Source: Lingula anatina (lineage: Eukaryota > Animalia > Brachiopoda). From it: a stretch of 64,000 nt of DNA. How positions within the stretch are numbered: position 1 is the stretch's first letter; each line of letters starts with the position of its first letter. The notes below the pieces were generated by a model. The model saw nothing but the letters and a program-made list of their open reading frames with translations, did no database searches and had not been told where the DNA came from. The translations under genes and the position numbers were made by a program. Below are positions 31,501 through 44,406 of the stretch, one piece after another. The DNA lies in the NCBI GenBank assembly GCA_051362555.1, contig CM120642.1:3410001-3474000 (forward strand), read 5' to 3'.

Positions 31501-34500
31501 GCTTAACAGTATTAAGGAATCCCTAATATTGATATTCTGTGAAATTGTCACTAAATATTTTCATTTTTTTAGACAACACACAAAACATTTGTGGACCGAG
31601 TGAAGTCCTAAATGTTGTTGGTAAAGCAACGTTTCTTTGATTGAAGATGTAGTACATGTAGCAGTCACGCCAGTGTAGGCAAATGGACGAGAAGACCCAT
31701 TCCTTTTAGCTTTTTTCTTTTGTTTTTATCTTGGTCGGCTGGTTTGTTGTGTTGCTATCAAATGCGGAGTTAATGCGACACGATACGGTGTTTTATATAT
31801 AAAATAGCCACACAAATACACACGCACACACACGTCTCCTAATTTTAATTCAGGTCAGCTAAAAGTTAAACATTATGATCTTCCACAATTTTCACTAGCA
31901 TTCAAGCTGTAGATTTTTACATAATATATACTTTTTCAAAAAAAAAATAATAATAATAACAATAATAATAATAAAATAATAATAATAAAAAGAAATACGC
32001 TAAACAAAGTGCAAAAAAGATTATACAAGTAAAGGGGTTAAAAACAGAACGTTATTTGAATAAAACGAATCACAATTGAAAATACCTATTCGTTTTTGAA
32101 AGCATTTTTTATTTTACTCTTTGAAATAATATTACAGATAAAGAACAAAATAAGTTAATTGTTTTCACGAAGTTCAAGTGTGACCTGTAACCCAGAAGTC
32201 AAGACAACGAGGCACAAACATCATCCTCGTGCTGCCCTCTATCGCTCTAGTATGTCCCCGTGATCATTGCATGTCAGCCAATCATTTTTTAAATTTCAAA
32301 ACGGGATCGGTTATAAACGTCGGTCTTCCCCCTTTTGCAAATTTAAATACGCGTGACAAATATCTTTAAACAAATAATGGAAACCGCGATGTTTATATTG
32401 GTTTGACAAAGGAAAAAGTCGCATGGAAGTAAGTCCCCGAGAAAGTTGGCAGACAAAATGGCTCCGGTTGTGTGCGGTTTGTACATTAGGAAGTGCTATG
32501 GCAGTGAGGCGGGTTCGAATCAGCATAAGAGAATATAAAATGTACATTAAGCGATGTTCGTGAATCATCTCAACTACTATATTTCTGAGATGAATTTAAA
32601 TTCATTATTTATTCTTTCGGAGAGAAATAAAAGAGAAAATGAAGAGCGAATTTTTCACAGCTGTGTTTACTTGAAGCGGAAATGAAAAAAAGGCACGGCA
32701 TTTGATAGTTTGAGCCTTTTTTTACCTTATTTTTTTTTCATGATTTTTAACTCAAAATAAACAGTTGAATTTGGACATAATTTGGATATTTTTTGTCATA
32801 GCAAAAGATATCATCGACAACTAACTACTGTGAATTAAAACTCGGGTATGATTGAAAAGGGCAGAATAATTTATGCAGTGGTTGTATATGGTGGCATAAA
32901 TGTGCACGATAAAATCAGAAGACAGTGAATCATCTAAATGTCATTTGTCCAATAATCTTATATTGTTCTATTTGACACATATAAATGTAGTCTGTGAGAT
33001 GTACTGACCAGCAAGCTTAGGTGCCGCAACTGACACGGACTTAAATTTCTTTCTTCTAAGGATGGAAGAGGAGTCCGTATATGGGTAATGGAATATGAAA
33101 AAAAAAAACGCGTTATCATTACAAATACGGGATTCTATACCAAATGTCAATGAAGATAAATGAAAGCCGATTTTTTGGGTTATGATCCATTAAAATGTTG
33201 AAAATTCTTTTCGCGCGCACTTCATTCGTTTAACCAGTCTTCAAAGACTACGTGGAAAACACGTTGGCCGAAAATTTTGGATTAGAACTGATTTTGACAG
33301 CCCTTTGGACACTTTTAACCTAGAGACCAACAATTTTTATCAATTCAAAACACTCTGACTCTCTATCTAGAAAACATCGGTCCGACCAAAATTCTTAATG
33401 TCTCGATATAACGACCTTTGTGCCCGACTTCGTATTGTCACGTTAGATGTTTGAAACCAATCCTATACCATTGTTTTAAACATAAAATGTTTAAGTTATG
33501 GACCATCTAATGTCCGTCAATCACACACATTGTTTTTTAAGCTTAAAAATCGCACATTTTTTTGACATATCCAAAATAGTTTTTAAAATTGCGCTAACAC
33601 TATTATAGGCCTTCGATACCAGTTAATTTTTGGTCCCATCTTCAATCTTGAAACACACGTTCAAGCGAAATTTGATGCAATTTTGTTGAAAGCATTTCCA
33701 AGATGGCAGTTCAGTAAAAATGATCAAAAAGAAAGTGAACAAAATGTAATGAGGACAATACAGTATCTTAGTGACCATCTTACCCGAAACTTGCTGCGCT
33801 CTGCCCTGCCATATACGCATTCCTTCCTTAGATATGTATCGCCACACGAAATAGCAATATGGCGCGAGGCTTGTCGAAAACTTGTTGCTTGTCTCTTTCC
33901 AAATTGCTTCTTCGCTTTCCAATTTCGCAACATCTTTTCAAAAGTGATGAGCCAAAAGATAACTCTAGAGACTGTTGAAGAAACTCAATGTACTCCTTGT
34001 ACTTTGAAAAGTTAATATTTTGAGACCTCTCTTCAAAAAAAGATTGCCTGGTTTTGCCTGGCTTTGGGAGGGTATGTGTGACGTGGCTCACTATCCATTT
34101 GATGAGTGAATATTAAAGAGGGATCGTGTCAAATATGCTCAAATGGATTTTGGGCTGAACAGAAAGGGCAACTGCCACAGGGCGTATATATCAGACAAAA
34201 ACTTCAAGAATAAACAAAAATCTGACAAAAACTGAACAGCCTGGTATGTTCTCTGATAACGACGCAAAGATAGAGAAAGGAAACCAACGAACGACGCAAA
34301 CTTTGATTTCATGGAATGGTCCCTGCATGTAATTGACATGATAAATTTGTATCAAAATGACGTTGACCCACCGTTGAATCCTTAAAGTCGTTTGGTGAAA
34401 GGAAAAGAGTTTCAGGCGTAGAGAATGGGTAATGCCGGCCTGATTTATGACACGCTCAGGACCAGTTTTTCAAGATTTTTGTCACCACCCGAAAAGCGAT

Positions 34501-34601
34501 TCTTCTAGTAAGAACATTTGTTTAAAATGAATTACGATTAAAAAATAAATTTTATTTTTTGAACATTCCATTTTACTTAATACAGTTCACCTTATTCCCA
34601 A

Positions 34602-34651
<50 letters not shown>
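34602..34651. repeat. (AAT)n microsatellite
   Basis: Direct reading. Confidence 0.95.
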
Positions 34652-34652
<1 letters not shown>

Positions 34653-36300
34653 TTTAAAAAAGACACAAAAAAGGGACAATAATTCGTTAATCATAATTCC
34701 CTCGAGATAACCGTGGTAGATCGTAATCGACTTTGAATCTATTTCCCAGCGTCCGTTATAGTTCATATTTTCATAATCATAGGGTGGAAGCGCTGATTTC
34801 AATCTGCACGATAGCGGAATATTTGGCAAATACCGATCTGACGTAGTAATACATCCGGTTGCATACCTCGGAAACATTACAAGACGGATTTCGTGATGGG
34901 TATCTTACTTTTGTTGGTCGGCAATAGACAAAGATATATTGATAAAATGTTAGTAAAGAAAGATAAATATTTGCTAGCAACTTTCATGTAGATCAAATTA
35001 TAATAGACAAAGATATGCACCAAAATCCCATTGTACTACAGAATACAGGAATCTTAAGTTTTTAAATATATGCCCGAATACATAAAATGCGTGATCCGTT
35101 TTTGCTATAAAGTATTTGCTGTCAAAATATTTCATGTTACACGGGAATCATTTACATAATTCAGCTTGTAAAGGGCATTTTCGAGAAGACTACAGAATTA
35201 TGTAAATGTAGCCACTTTTTCAAGAAAATGTAAGAGTGAAGATGAATGTTTCGGTACATCATTCTTCGTGCACATAATACTAATAAGTCATTTTAAGACC
35301 AATCAACGATTTCCCTATTTACTGAAATCTTTCAAACTGTCTTGTCATTGAAAACATTGAAACTAGTGGTATGTAAGTCCCAGGCAAAGCATGCATTTCG
35401 GAATAGAGTTATCATCTAATTTAGAATTACACTTAATTCTATTTTAGACCCAGGAGGAACTTAATAGACTTGCAAAATAATTATGTCTTTCTATAGCTTT
35501 GAAAATAAAAGACCTTGTTCAAAGATTACTAAATAATTGTGATTCCATTTAATTTCTTCAGTGTAGTACTTGCTAAAAATCAAAGCAATGAAGCATAGCA
35601 CTAAATATGAAGGCTGGCGCTGTTTTGGTGACATATATGTAGTACCTATTAGGTCATGTTTCTATAAAAAAGCGCTTAAATAAATAAATAAATTTTATTT
35701 TGTATATTTATTTATCTTTATAATAGAAATAAATCTGTCTAAAAAACAAAATAAAATAAAAAATAAAGAAAAAATGAATTTACAAGTGACAAAAAATGAA
35801 ATGGACTTCCGGATTCTTATAACAACACAACTTTCTATATACAAACCGAGACATTTTTATAACCCATTTAGTGATTTTTTTTACTTTTTAAAATGTATCT
35901 TCGCTGTTTAATTAATTTGTTTACTTGGAAACGGTCTGCAGACTTTAACATACAATACTGTTCTTATATGCTAATACTGTTAATGCATCCGATCATCCCA
36001 TCGTACAAATCGTGGCTTTTTTTGTACCACATCGCGTGTTGGAGCAGGTAAAGCCCACTGAAGTCTGTGAATGGGGAACTGTTTAGTCACTTTAAGAATG
36101 CTGCGGTCAAATTAACATAGACTTGCCAAGATATACAACATAGAAATATATGATTGTTCAAACGCAGTTCTTGTCGCATCGATCACCCAAACACGCGTAC
36201 ACGCACACGTAAACACGTACACGCACACATACATACACACACACGCGTCGTTACATGTTAGTTTGTATACAATTATACACTGGCATATACACTCATCATC

Positions 36301-36334
<34 letters not shown>

Positions 36335-37729
36335 AAGCACAGGTGATGCACGTTCCACTTATCTTCTATTATTTCGTTTGCCCATTGGGCTACTCACATC
36401 GCCTTTCCCCTGAGTCAGATACATATATGTTGTGTCACAATTCAATAACAAATAAGGTTACACCTCTTACATACAGGATGAAATCCCTCGTTCATAAAGG
36501 AACAGATAAGCAATAAAATTCCGCGCCATAAAACATCGCATTGGTTAATTTCGGAGGTTTCTAAGGGCGATGAAATAAATGTAGATTAATTTAAATAATA
36601 ACGACCATTATCACACTGATTTCTACTTGTAGGACGGGAGAAAGGCGTGTTCCGGCATTTTAATGGTGCTCAGTTGACAGACTCGTGTGACCACAGGAAA
36701 GAAATGACGTAAATACACACATACCTTGAAAAATGTACAGGTGGAAAAAAGGGAAAATTACAAGTTTACACTTTTTGGAAGAAATTAATATGTGCAGCAG
36801 GGAAATGTTCAGCACGACGAAATGTATAAAATACCTCAGTGAATTAGTAAATTAGGAAAATAACTTAGAAGGGCCGAGGAAGCGAGTCTGTTAGATATGT
36901 AGATGAGGTAGACTGTCACGCATGTGATGACCGGTCAAGTCAGGTGTTGAACAAGGAGGTTGACATCTAACTGTCGTCACTGTAAAGTTCCCCAATGACT
37001 CATTGTGACCGCTTCTACAAAGTTCATGTCACATTTATACGCCGGACATTTCTCAAAAAAAAAATGTCTTTGTTTCTTTTTTTCTTCTTAATATTATCAC
37101 GCAAACCAACTGTTCAAGACAACTTTTAACACATGATTTGGCAATTTTCCAGGAGTATTAAATTCATTATATATCATTTATATTTGATTACTTCATAGAT
37201 ATTTGAAAAAGATGCAACAGACATATCAGTAAGGCATTTGATGCCCCATGTATTTTGTAAAAGACTGAATTCAAATTAGTTACAGGAGTACTTGAGGAGA
37301 AACAGACTTCTGAGCTAATATGAGTTTTAACAGAGGACAGAGCCTCAGAGGAATACTTTGAGACGAAACCGGATTTTCTGCAAACGCTTCTGACCTACAG
37401 AATGTTGCTACAAAAGTAAACTTCTGACACAAGCAATAACAGATTTGTACCATTTAGCTATATATATTAAAAAAACAGCAAATAATCATTTGTCTCAAAC
37501 ACGACATACAGGCCAATATCTCCGACGACGCCGTAACCAACAGAAGCTTACGTTACCAAGGTTATTATGCCATATAAACAGTGCGGAAATGTACATTCAA
37601 AGATCTGACCAATCATAGATGGCGAAACGTGCGTGGCGGGAAGTGACCCTTGTCATGTTACAGTGTCCAGGATAGAGTGAACGACAGGGAAAGACATTAC
37701 CCTATAATAACACGTACCAGCGTGCTAAC

Positions 37730-37764
<35 letters not shown>

Positions 37765-40334
37765 TGAAGCTTACATTTTGCATCACTGTTTACGGTGACC
37801 ATGAATAAATCTCCATTACAGTACGAGCGTGCACACACACCCAATGTAAAAAAAATTCAACTTCATAATAAATGACCAATAAGTAAAACTTCAAAGCAAA
37901 AGCAAATAATTTCGATCTCAAAGGGAATCCATTATTTCTACTTTAGCAATCAGTAATTGACACTAAGAACAACCGTTAAAACACACTTCTACTCAACTAC
38001 ATATATTGAGAATAGAAACTGGTCTTCTAAGTTAATCAGAAATGCTTCTCATATTTACCCTTTATCTTTGGACCAACTGGTTTCGACCCATCCTGTGACT
38101 GTGACTATGTACAAGGCTCTAAATTTCGAAGTCAACGGGAGATCGCCGTCTTCCGAGGTCACATCAGTTACTCGGGCGTGTCAGGGACGCTTGGATAAAA
38201 GTTAACTGTCATTCGTGAAAAACATTCAACCAAGGCGACGAAATTTCGAGGAGTATGCTGTTCCGCCAGAATTTTCCCCTGAGGATTCATCACAGGTGGG
38301 CGTCATGACTTCCTTGCAAGAGGACAGTGGCGGTGTGATGAAGCGACGTGCTTTCCAACCTGTATTCATGCGATTCCACTTCCATGGCGACTGCAGATAA
38401 TGTCAACCGCAAAGGGGACATTCTTTAACACACGTCCTTGCCCCCAAAATGCAACAGTGTTCTCCCGTAAATATGTATACTAAAGAATAATAGATCATTA
38501 ATCTTGTTCCGGGCCTAAAAGGTTGCAGCCGACGCCCTTCTAGTGGTTTGTTCATCGTGATGTTAGCCCACCTTACGGGTGACAGTATAAAATATGGCGG
38601 CTCACTGTTATCTGACTGGCTGGATCATTTTCTACCTTCTCGTCATGCATGCCGAACCGCTTTATCCTGTTCGCCCGGCCATTATTCCTCCGACTTAAAA
38701 CCTCAAAAGTTGAATGAGTGAATGGAAGAATGCGGAGGGAAGGTCCCCGAGGTGTTTCTCCCCCAGGCCCACACCGCACTAATTGAAAGATGCCACAAGA
38801 CGGATCTTCTTCTTCTCAACAGAGCAATTTATTTTGCGTACTTATTACCCATCTGAATTATATCTATATGACACTACAGGAAGGCTGTAACAGGTTTGAA
38901 AGAAACATTGGTGATTTGTTATAGAAAATTGTCGTTAAAGGGCGGACGCGGGCGGACGCGTTAGTCAGTGACAGCGTGAAAAATGGCACTGTGTGACAAT
39001 ACTCTTCGTAGAAAAAAGGGTGACTTTTATGTTATAGAGGGCGGAAATTAGGAGTTATCAAGAGTTTCAATTATTTTTGATGAAAAGAAGAGACCATGCT
39101 AATAATTTTGAGCCAATGAATTATGGAAACAGTCACCAAATTATGAAATGCAAACTACCTATAGTTTTCAGCTGATAGGCTATATCGAAACACGGCGACA
39201 TGTGCGTGGTGGGAAGAGACTCTTGTCATGTTATTTATTAATCCTCTTAGCCAAGAAGTAAAAACAACATGAAGCTTCTTATCACGTGAAGTGCGGTATA
39301 TGTAGAAATGTGTCTGTACGTGAATTCATGCGTCTTTTATCCTTGCACAGTAACAACACAATTCCCACTTTGTGTATTCTGACACATGCACCGTGGCTAC
39401 CCTCTACCGGGACCACAGAGTGACTTTTCACTACATATTCACAGATATGTCTCTGGGAAAACTGGCTGTTATCCTCCGCACTGTGCATAACAGAAAATGT
39501 CCACATAATAATAATAACTGTGGACCTGTTAGAGGGTACACCGTAGCCATTGTAGCCTCCAAACCCACTGCAATCCTTATTGTGTCAAAAAGCCATAACC
39601 CTCTTCCCGTTTAGGAACTTTTCCATCACGAAGGAGCGACTCAAATTGTCTAATTTTTAACCCCTTCCTATCTCTGCCGCCAGCTGGTTTCTTTGATCTC
39701 GTAATACCGTATTTTCACCTCGCATTTCTCTGGGTTTCAGAAACCACAGAAATTTGCACTTTGTAAGAAACGATAGATCCATTGTTTTGCATACTGCTTT
39801 GAAGACTCTTCATAATATCACTAGGGATCGCTTCATCACCAACTGTACTGTTATCTAGCTTCGGTTTGTTTGATATTACGACTTCGTGGAAAACTTCCGA
39901 AATCGTCAATATCGTTTCATATAATGTTATGCCTGTATTGCACTAAAAATATCTTAGCAAATAAATAAATAAATAAATAAATAACAGACAAAAATAATTT
40001 TAAAAAGTTGTAAAATTAAACATCTGCATGTCACGTGTACTCCTAATACTGGACACAGCGGCATAACACACATATACCAAATTTGTTACAGTCGCAATAT
40101 TCGCTATTACAATATCAAATTTTGGGCATAGAAATTTACGTTCTTTCTGCTTAACGGTCACGTTACAATACCCACGTTTCAAGATATATCACAATGAGGA
40201 TTCAATGTTATTTAAGATATATCACATAGATGGTAACGTTACGACATATATCACATAAAAACTGCGCGTGCGTGCGTGCGTGCTTGGGTGTTTTATTAAT
40301 CTATCTCTCTATTATTTCTTCTTGTTATGACATT

Positions 40335-40336
<2 letters not shown>

Positions 40337-40377
<41 letters not shown>

Positions 40378-40380
40378 TTT
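40337..40380. repeat. (ATTT)n microsatellite
   Basis: Direct reading. Confidence 0.95.
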
Positions 40381-43099
40381 CAAAACCTCCAAAATGATTT
40401 TAAATAATTGAAGTAAAATTTTATCGCATTACTGTGCTTCTATTCGGGCTATAAGTCATCAAACTTTCAATGCGTTTCAATACATAAGGGTACCAGACGT
40501 TGTAAAAACTGACATTGTATCAAAATGATGAAAGAAGATGCCTCAAGTATGTTAATTATGATAATATAAAGGCCTACCTTTCACTCTAAAAATACATAAA
40601 TAGAAATTAATTGCATTAAATGAGATCTAGCGCATATTTAGTAACATTTTCGAGCAAATGCAAAATGCAGTGGCTGTGACGGCCTGCAGTTGGTGACACC
40701 TCCAAAGCAATTTAATACTTCATAATTTACTAGATTCAAAAAGTGTTTAGAAAACGCCAGAGGAGTCTGTACAGAGTGTATTTCGAGCGTGAGTAGTTTC
40801 ACTGATGTTCTCTTACCTGTAGATAACTATATAGTTCGGACAGCTGAACTTCACGTCTTTCACGACTGAATATTGCTCTCAAATATCATTTCCATCAACA
40901 CATGCCATAATTTTCAAATCTGGGTTCCATATTAAAATGACATTCCTCTTTTCGAGCAAATGGTCGAAGTGGGTCCTTTCAAATGCCATAAATCCATTTT
41001 TCCATTCAGTTTTTTCAGGATGCCGGGGCGTAGTACTCCAGGTAGAAGACACAATACATCTTGCTGTTTTCCAGCGTTGACATGATAAGATGGCGTTGAC
41101 AGCAGAATTTAGCGGCACTCTGACCGTTTTAGGCTCTAGACGGTTCATTTTACCTCAGACGAAAGGCACAAATTCCAGAAAAATGTGGCGGTGAAATATG
41201 CCGGTTCCCTTTCAAGTGTAATCGCACGGTTCTAACCCAGGTTTCTAAGCTTGTTTTACATGTTTTCTTAACCCTTTCTTCTACTACCGTTATTGTTGCA
41301 AATTTGTTTTCAGGAGCGGGGCTCTGTATTGTTGTGTTGGCAAACAGTGGATATTATTGTTCGACATTAAAAGAAAAGAAAAGGCACAATCGGCTGACCT
41401 CGAGTCAAGTGCCAATGTCCCAATAGCACGAGATGGGGCAACCAACGCTACACTTACGAAAGGCGATATTTCACTCAAATATTGGAGACAAAAATGTCCC
41501 CATACTCTGCAAAATCACTGTGCTGTCACTAAGTTTCAGTCGAGTTGTTGTAAACGTCACACATCTCCATTTGTATTCCAACATTCAGATTGGGGAGGAA
41601 AGGGGGGGGGCACGTGTCTTCTCCTCCTTAGCTTTGGAGGTTCCACCTTCTCTCCCTTCTCCGCCCCCCACCCAAAAAAATAAACAAATAAACAAATAAA
41701 TAAATAAATAAACGGATGAAACGAGACAAAATAGACTACTATTTCCATCCCCGTTTCTTGCGTATCTTTATACACTTGTCCACCCCCGTACCCAACGAAC
41801 ATGTGAACAGTAAAAGTGTACTCGTCTGCCGCTTTAATTCTTTCTCCATATACCCCCCTCTCCCCTAGCAATATCCTCCATCCCCTGTATGAACATTAAA
41901 AGTCGCGAATGTCAGTGGGCGTTCGTACTCTGTTACAGCCCTCTCAGCTGATATCAAAAACATTCCGTCGCGGTTTTCTCGATACAAAACGCGGCGGCGA
42001 ACGAAAGGTGGTTTAGAACTATTCACTGAAACAACAAACAGTACACGTCTAACGGAAAGTAAATATGCGAATTAGAGACCTTGTAACAAAGTAAAGCCAA
42101 GCCGTTTTATGTTAAGTTATTATTACACGTCGCATAACACACTTCACATTAAACAAACAAGCATTGAGATTCGAAAAGTCGGGGCAGAAAAACGTGAACT
42201 TAGAGAAAATTAACTGGGTTTGGATGCCGCAAAATGAAAGAAAAAATTCCTTGCCAATTCAAACGTCTTCCTGCGGGTAATTATGTTTGCTGAGATGGAA
42301 ATCGGTTTGAAGTTCGCCAATTTGGATTTCTCGTTACTCAGGTGTCCTAAGCTTTTCTGTTTATGTCACACTGATTTTTTCAACTAAATGATAAGCCTAC
42401 ATTTAGTAGGGTACCTTATGTTCATGTACAGCAAGTACGAACTGATAATTATACAATGTGTCACAAAGCTGCTGAATGCACAGAAAAAAAAAACCGAAAG
42501 ACTTCTTTCTATGGCCATTAAGACTTGCAGTCGAAGTTACGCTTCGTTCCTATTTCGAAATTTATTGCATATCGCGCGAAGTCTTCGAGAAAGAAGATCA
42601 GAAAATGTTCAGTGAACTGTGGGGGGTGGGTAGAACACAAGCAATGTCGTCTGACGAGTTGCTATAAGGCAAAAACGCAAGACTTCCGTAATCTTTGTAG
42701 AAAAATAAATAAATAAATAAATATAATAAATAAATTTAGCTGCCCTTGGTGAATTTGTCCATTAAACGTTTTAATCTTGTTTCCTTGATGGGAGATCAAG
42801 CGAGATCTTAACCAGATTGATTTTTCCTGATCACAAGTTAGAGTGGAAAGTCAACAGCCACTGAGATTATTCTAAAGCAGTTTCAAAGGAATCCTATAGT
42901 CCAAGATCTAAGGTCTATATAACATTTGTAACTCGATAACATTTTGTATTTAGTTGAATAACTTATCAAAATTATCCCTTGGGTACACAATTTTTCATAG
43001 TCTACGATATAATAAAAAGATAAATAAAACTGTCGGAGAATATTGTAGATCTATACGTTAAAATATGGGATTCACATGGAGAAAAAATGCATAAAAAGA

Positions 43100-43200
<101 letters not shown>

Positions 43201-43232
43201 TATTGATAAGAATATATGAATCACATTATGAA

Positions 43233-43360
43233 ACTAGAAAAGCACTCCGAGAGCGCAGACCTCCGACAAGGCAGCAATTTTTTATTATTATTGATTATTG
43301 ATTATTGATTGATTATTGATCCGGATCACCACCAAAAACTAATCATCTGTTCCTTGGCAT
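43233..43360 (-). mobile_element. 3'-terminal fragment of a second HINE/Helentron-like family
   Basis: ACTAG start, then a hairpin (GCGCTC-TCG-GAGTGC on minus) and a putative subTIR ACCTCCGACAAG: the same end layout as the 146-bp family but a different sequence. No partner end found. Confidence 0.5.
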
Positions 43361-44299
43361 TGATATATTCTTTTGTATGCCCTTTCCCTCTTGGACCCCT
43401 GCTTATCAAGACTGTTCGTATGGTCATACAGTACCCAGGGCAATTCCACAGTCGACATTTCAAATGGCAAACACTGCTCAAAACTCAAACCGTCAAGGTG
43501 TGAACCGCTCTGGATCTCTTCGTGCTCTATAACGCCATAGGTGAAGTCAAACGTAACCTCAGTGTAAATCAAAATCAAAATAAAAGCACTTGAATTCATA
43601 TAGCTAGGAACACTGTAGGCAGGCTTATCAATAAAAGCGACCGAAGTTAAGATGATTCAGTCACATCACCCGTAAACGGCTATATGCAGAAAAAGATGGC
43701 ATCTTCTTGGCGGAATTATTTGCCAAATATGTTTTTCTTTTCTCAAAATTTGCATCATCGCAATTGCGCATGCTAGAATGGAAAGCGCACCCGTCTTTAC
43801 ACATTTGAACGTTTTTTAACGCTTTCCTCTTCATAGGGGCTTGCTTAAAGTAAAACCGTCCGAAAGAATTTCTCACTGACTGACGGTAAAAAAAAAAAAA
43901 AAAAAAAAAAAAAGCCATCAATTTAGGAACGCTTCGATCCTGGTTGTTAGACAAGGTTTAGTGGACATGATGAACTTCAATGTTCATGGGTAGACCATGT
44001 TCGGGACCTGGCTCGAGAAGAAATGCGGCACCCCGATTGTCGATCGTAATTGCAGATATCTTCGTGAAGATATCCAAACTGGCCTTCTCCGTGAGAAGGT
44101 AAAGATTTCCATTTGATCCCTCGTTTCGTAGCCAAGTTAGTCTGGCTCCGTGGTACCTCCGCCGTCTTGGACGCAGGTAGACAGTTGTACGCGGGTTCGA
44201 GTTCAAGAATGCAATTCTAACTTTTTTTGCCAGAAACCATTTTCAAAAATTGCCTTTGATTACTATAAGAGGAAACTCGTAGGTACGGAGGGTGGGCGG

Positions 44300-44406
44300 G
44301 TCAGTCACGGCGCAGTCGGTAGCGTGGCTGGCTGCAAAAAAACAAATGCAAAGCCGTCATCAAACATGGTGACGTAGAGTCACGGGTTCGAATCCCGGAT
44401 GACGCA
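44300..44406 (+). ncRNA. tRNA-like Pol III cassette (atypical or pseudo-tRNA, or SINE head), unit 1
   Basis: A-box/D-arm GGCGCAGTCGGTAGCGT, B-box GGTTCGAATCC, extra hairpin CGTCATCA-AACA-TGGTGACG. Acceptor and anticodon stems are non-canonical. Confidence 0.4.

Noticed and set aside
33623-34091. 110-aa plus-strand ORF with overlapping minus ORFs
   Set aside because: No recognisable family, non-ATG start and no supporting splice structure.
39282-39909. Faint fibronectin-III-like words (NGSIVSYKVQI, GYNGYGVPS) on minus
   Set aside because: Too short, interrupted by stops; could be chance without a profile search.
40812-41148. 89-aa minus ORF upstream of a good donor site
   Set aside because: In-frame stop before the donor and no recognisable homology.
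44300-44406. Functional tRNA-Cys(GCA), possibly with an intron
   Set aside because: CT-GCA-AA sits at the anticodon position, but the complementary anticodon stem strand is missing and the acceptor stem pairs poorly.
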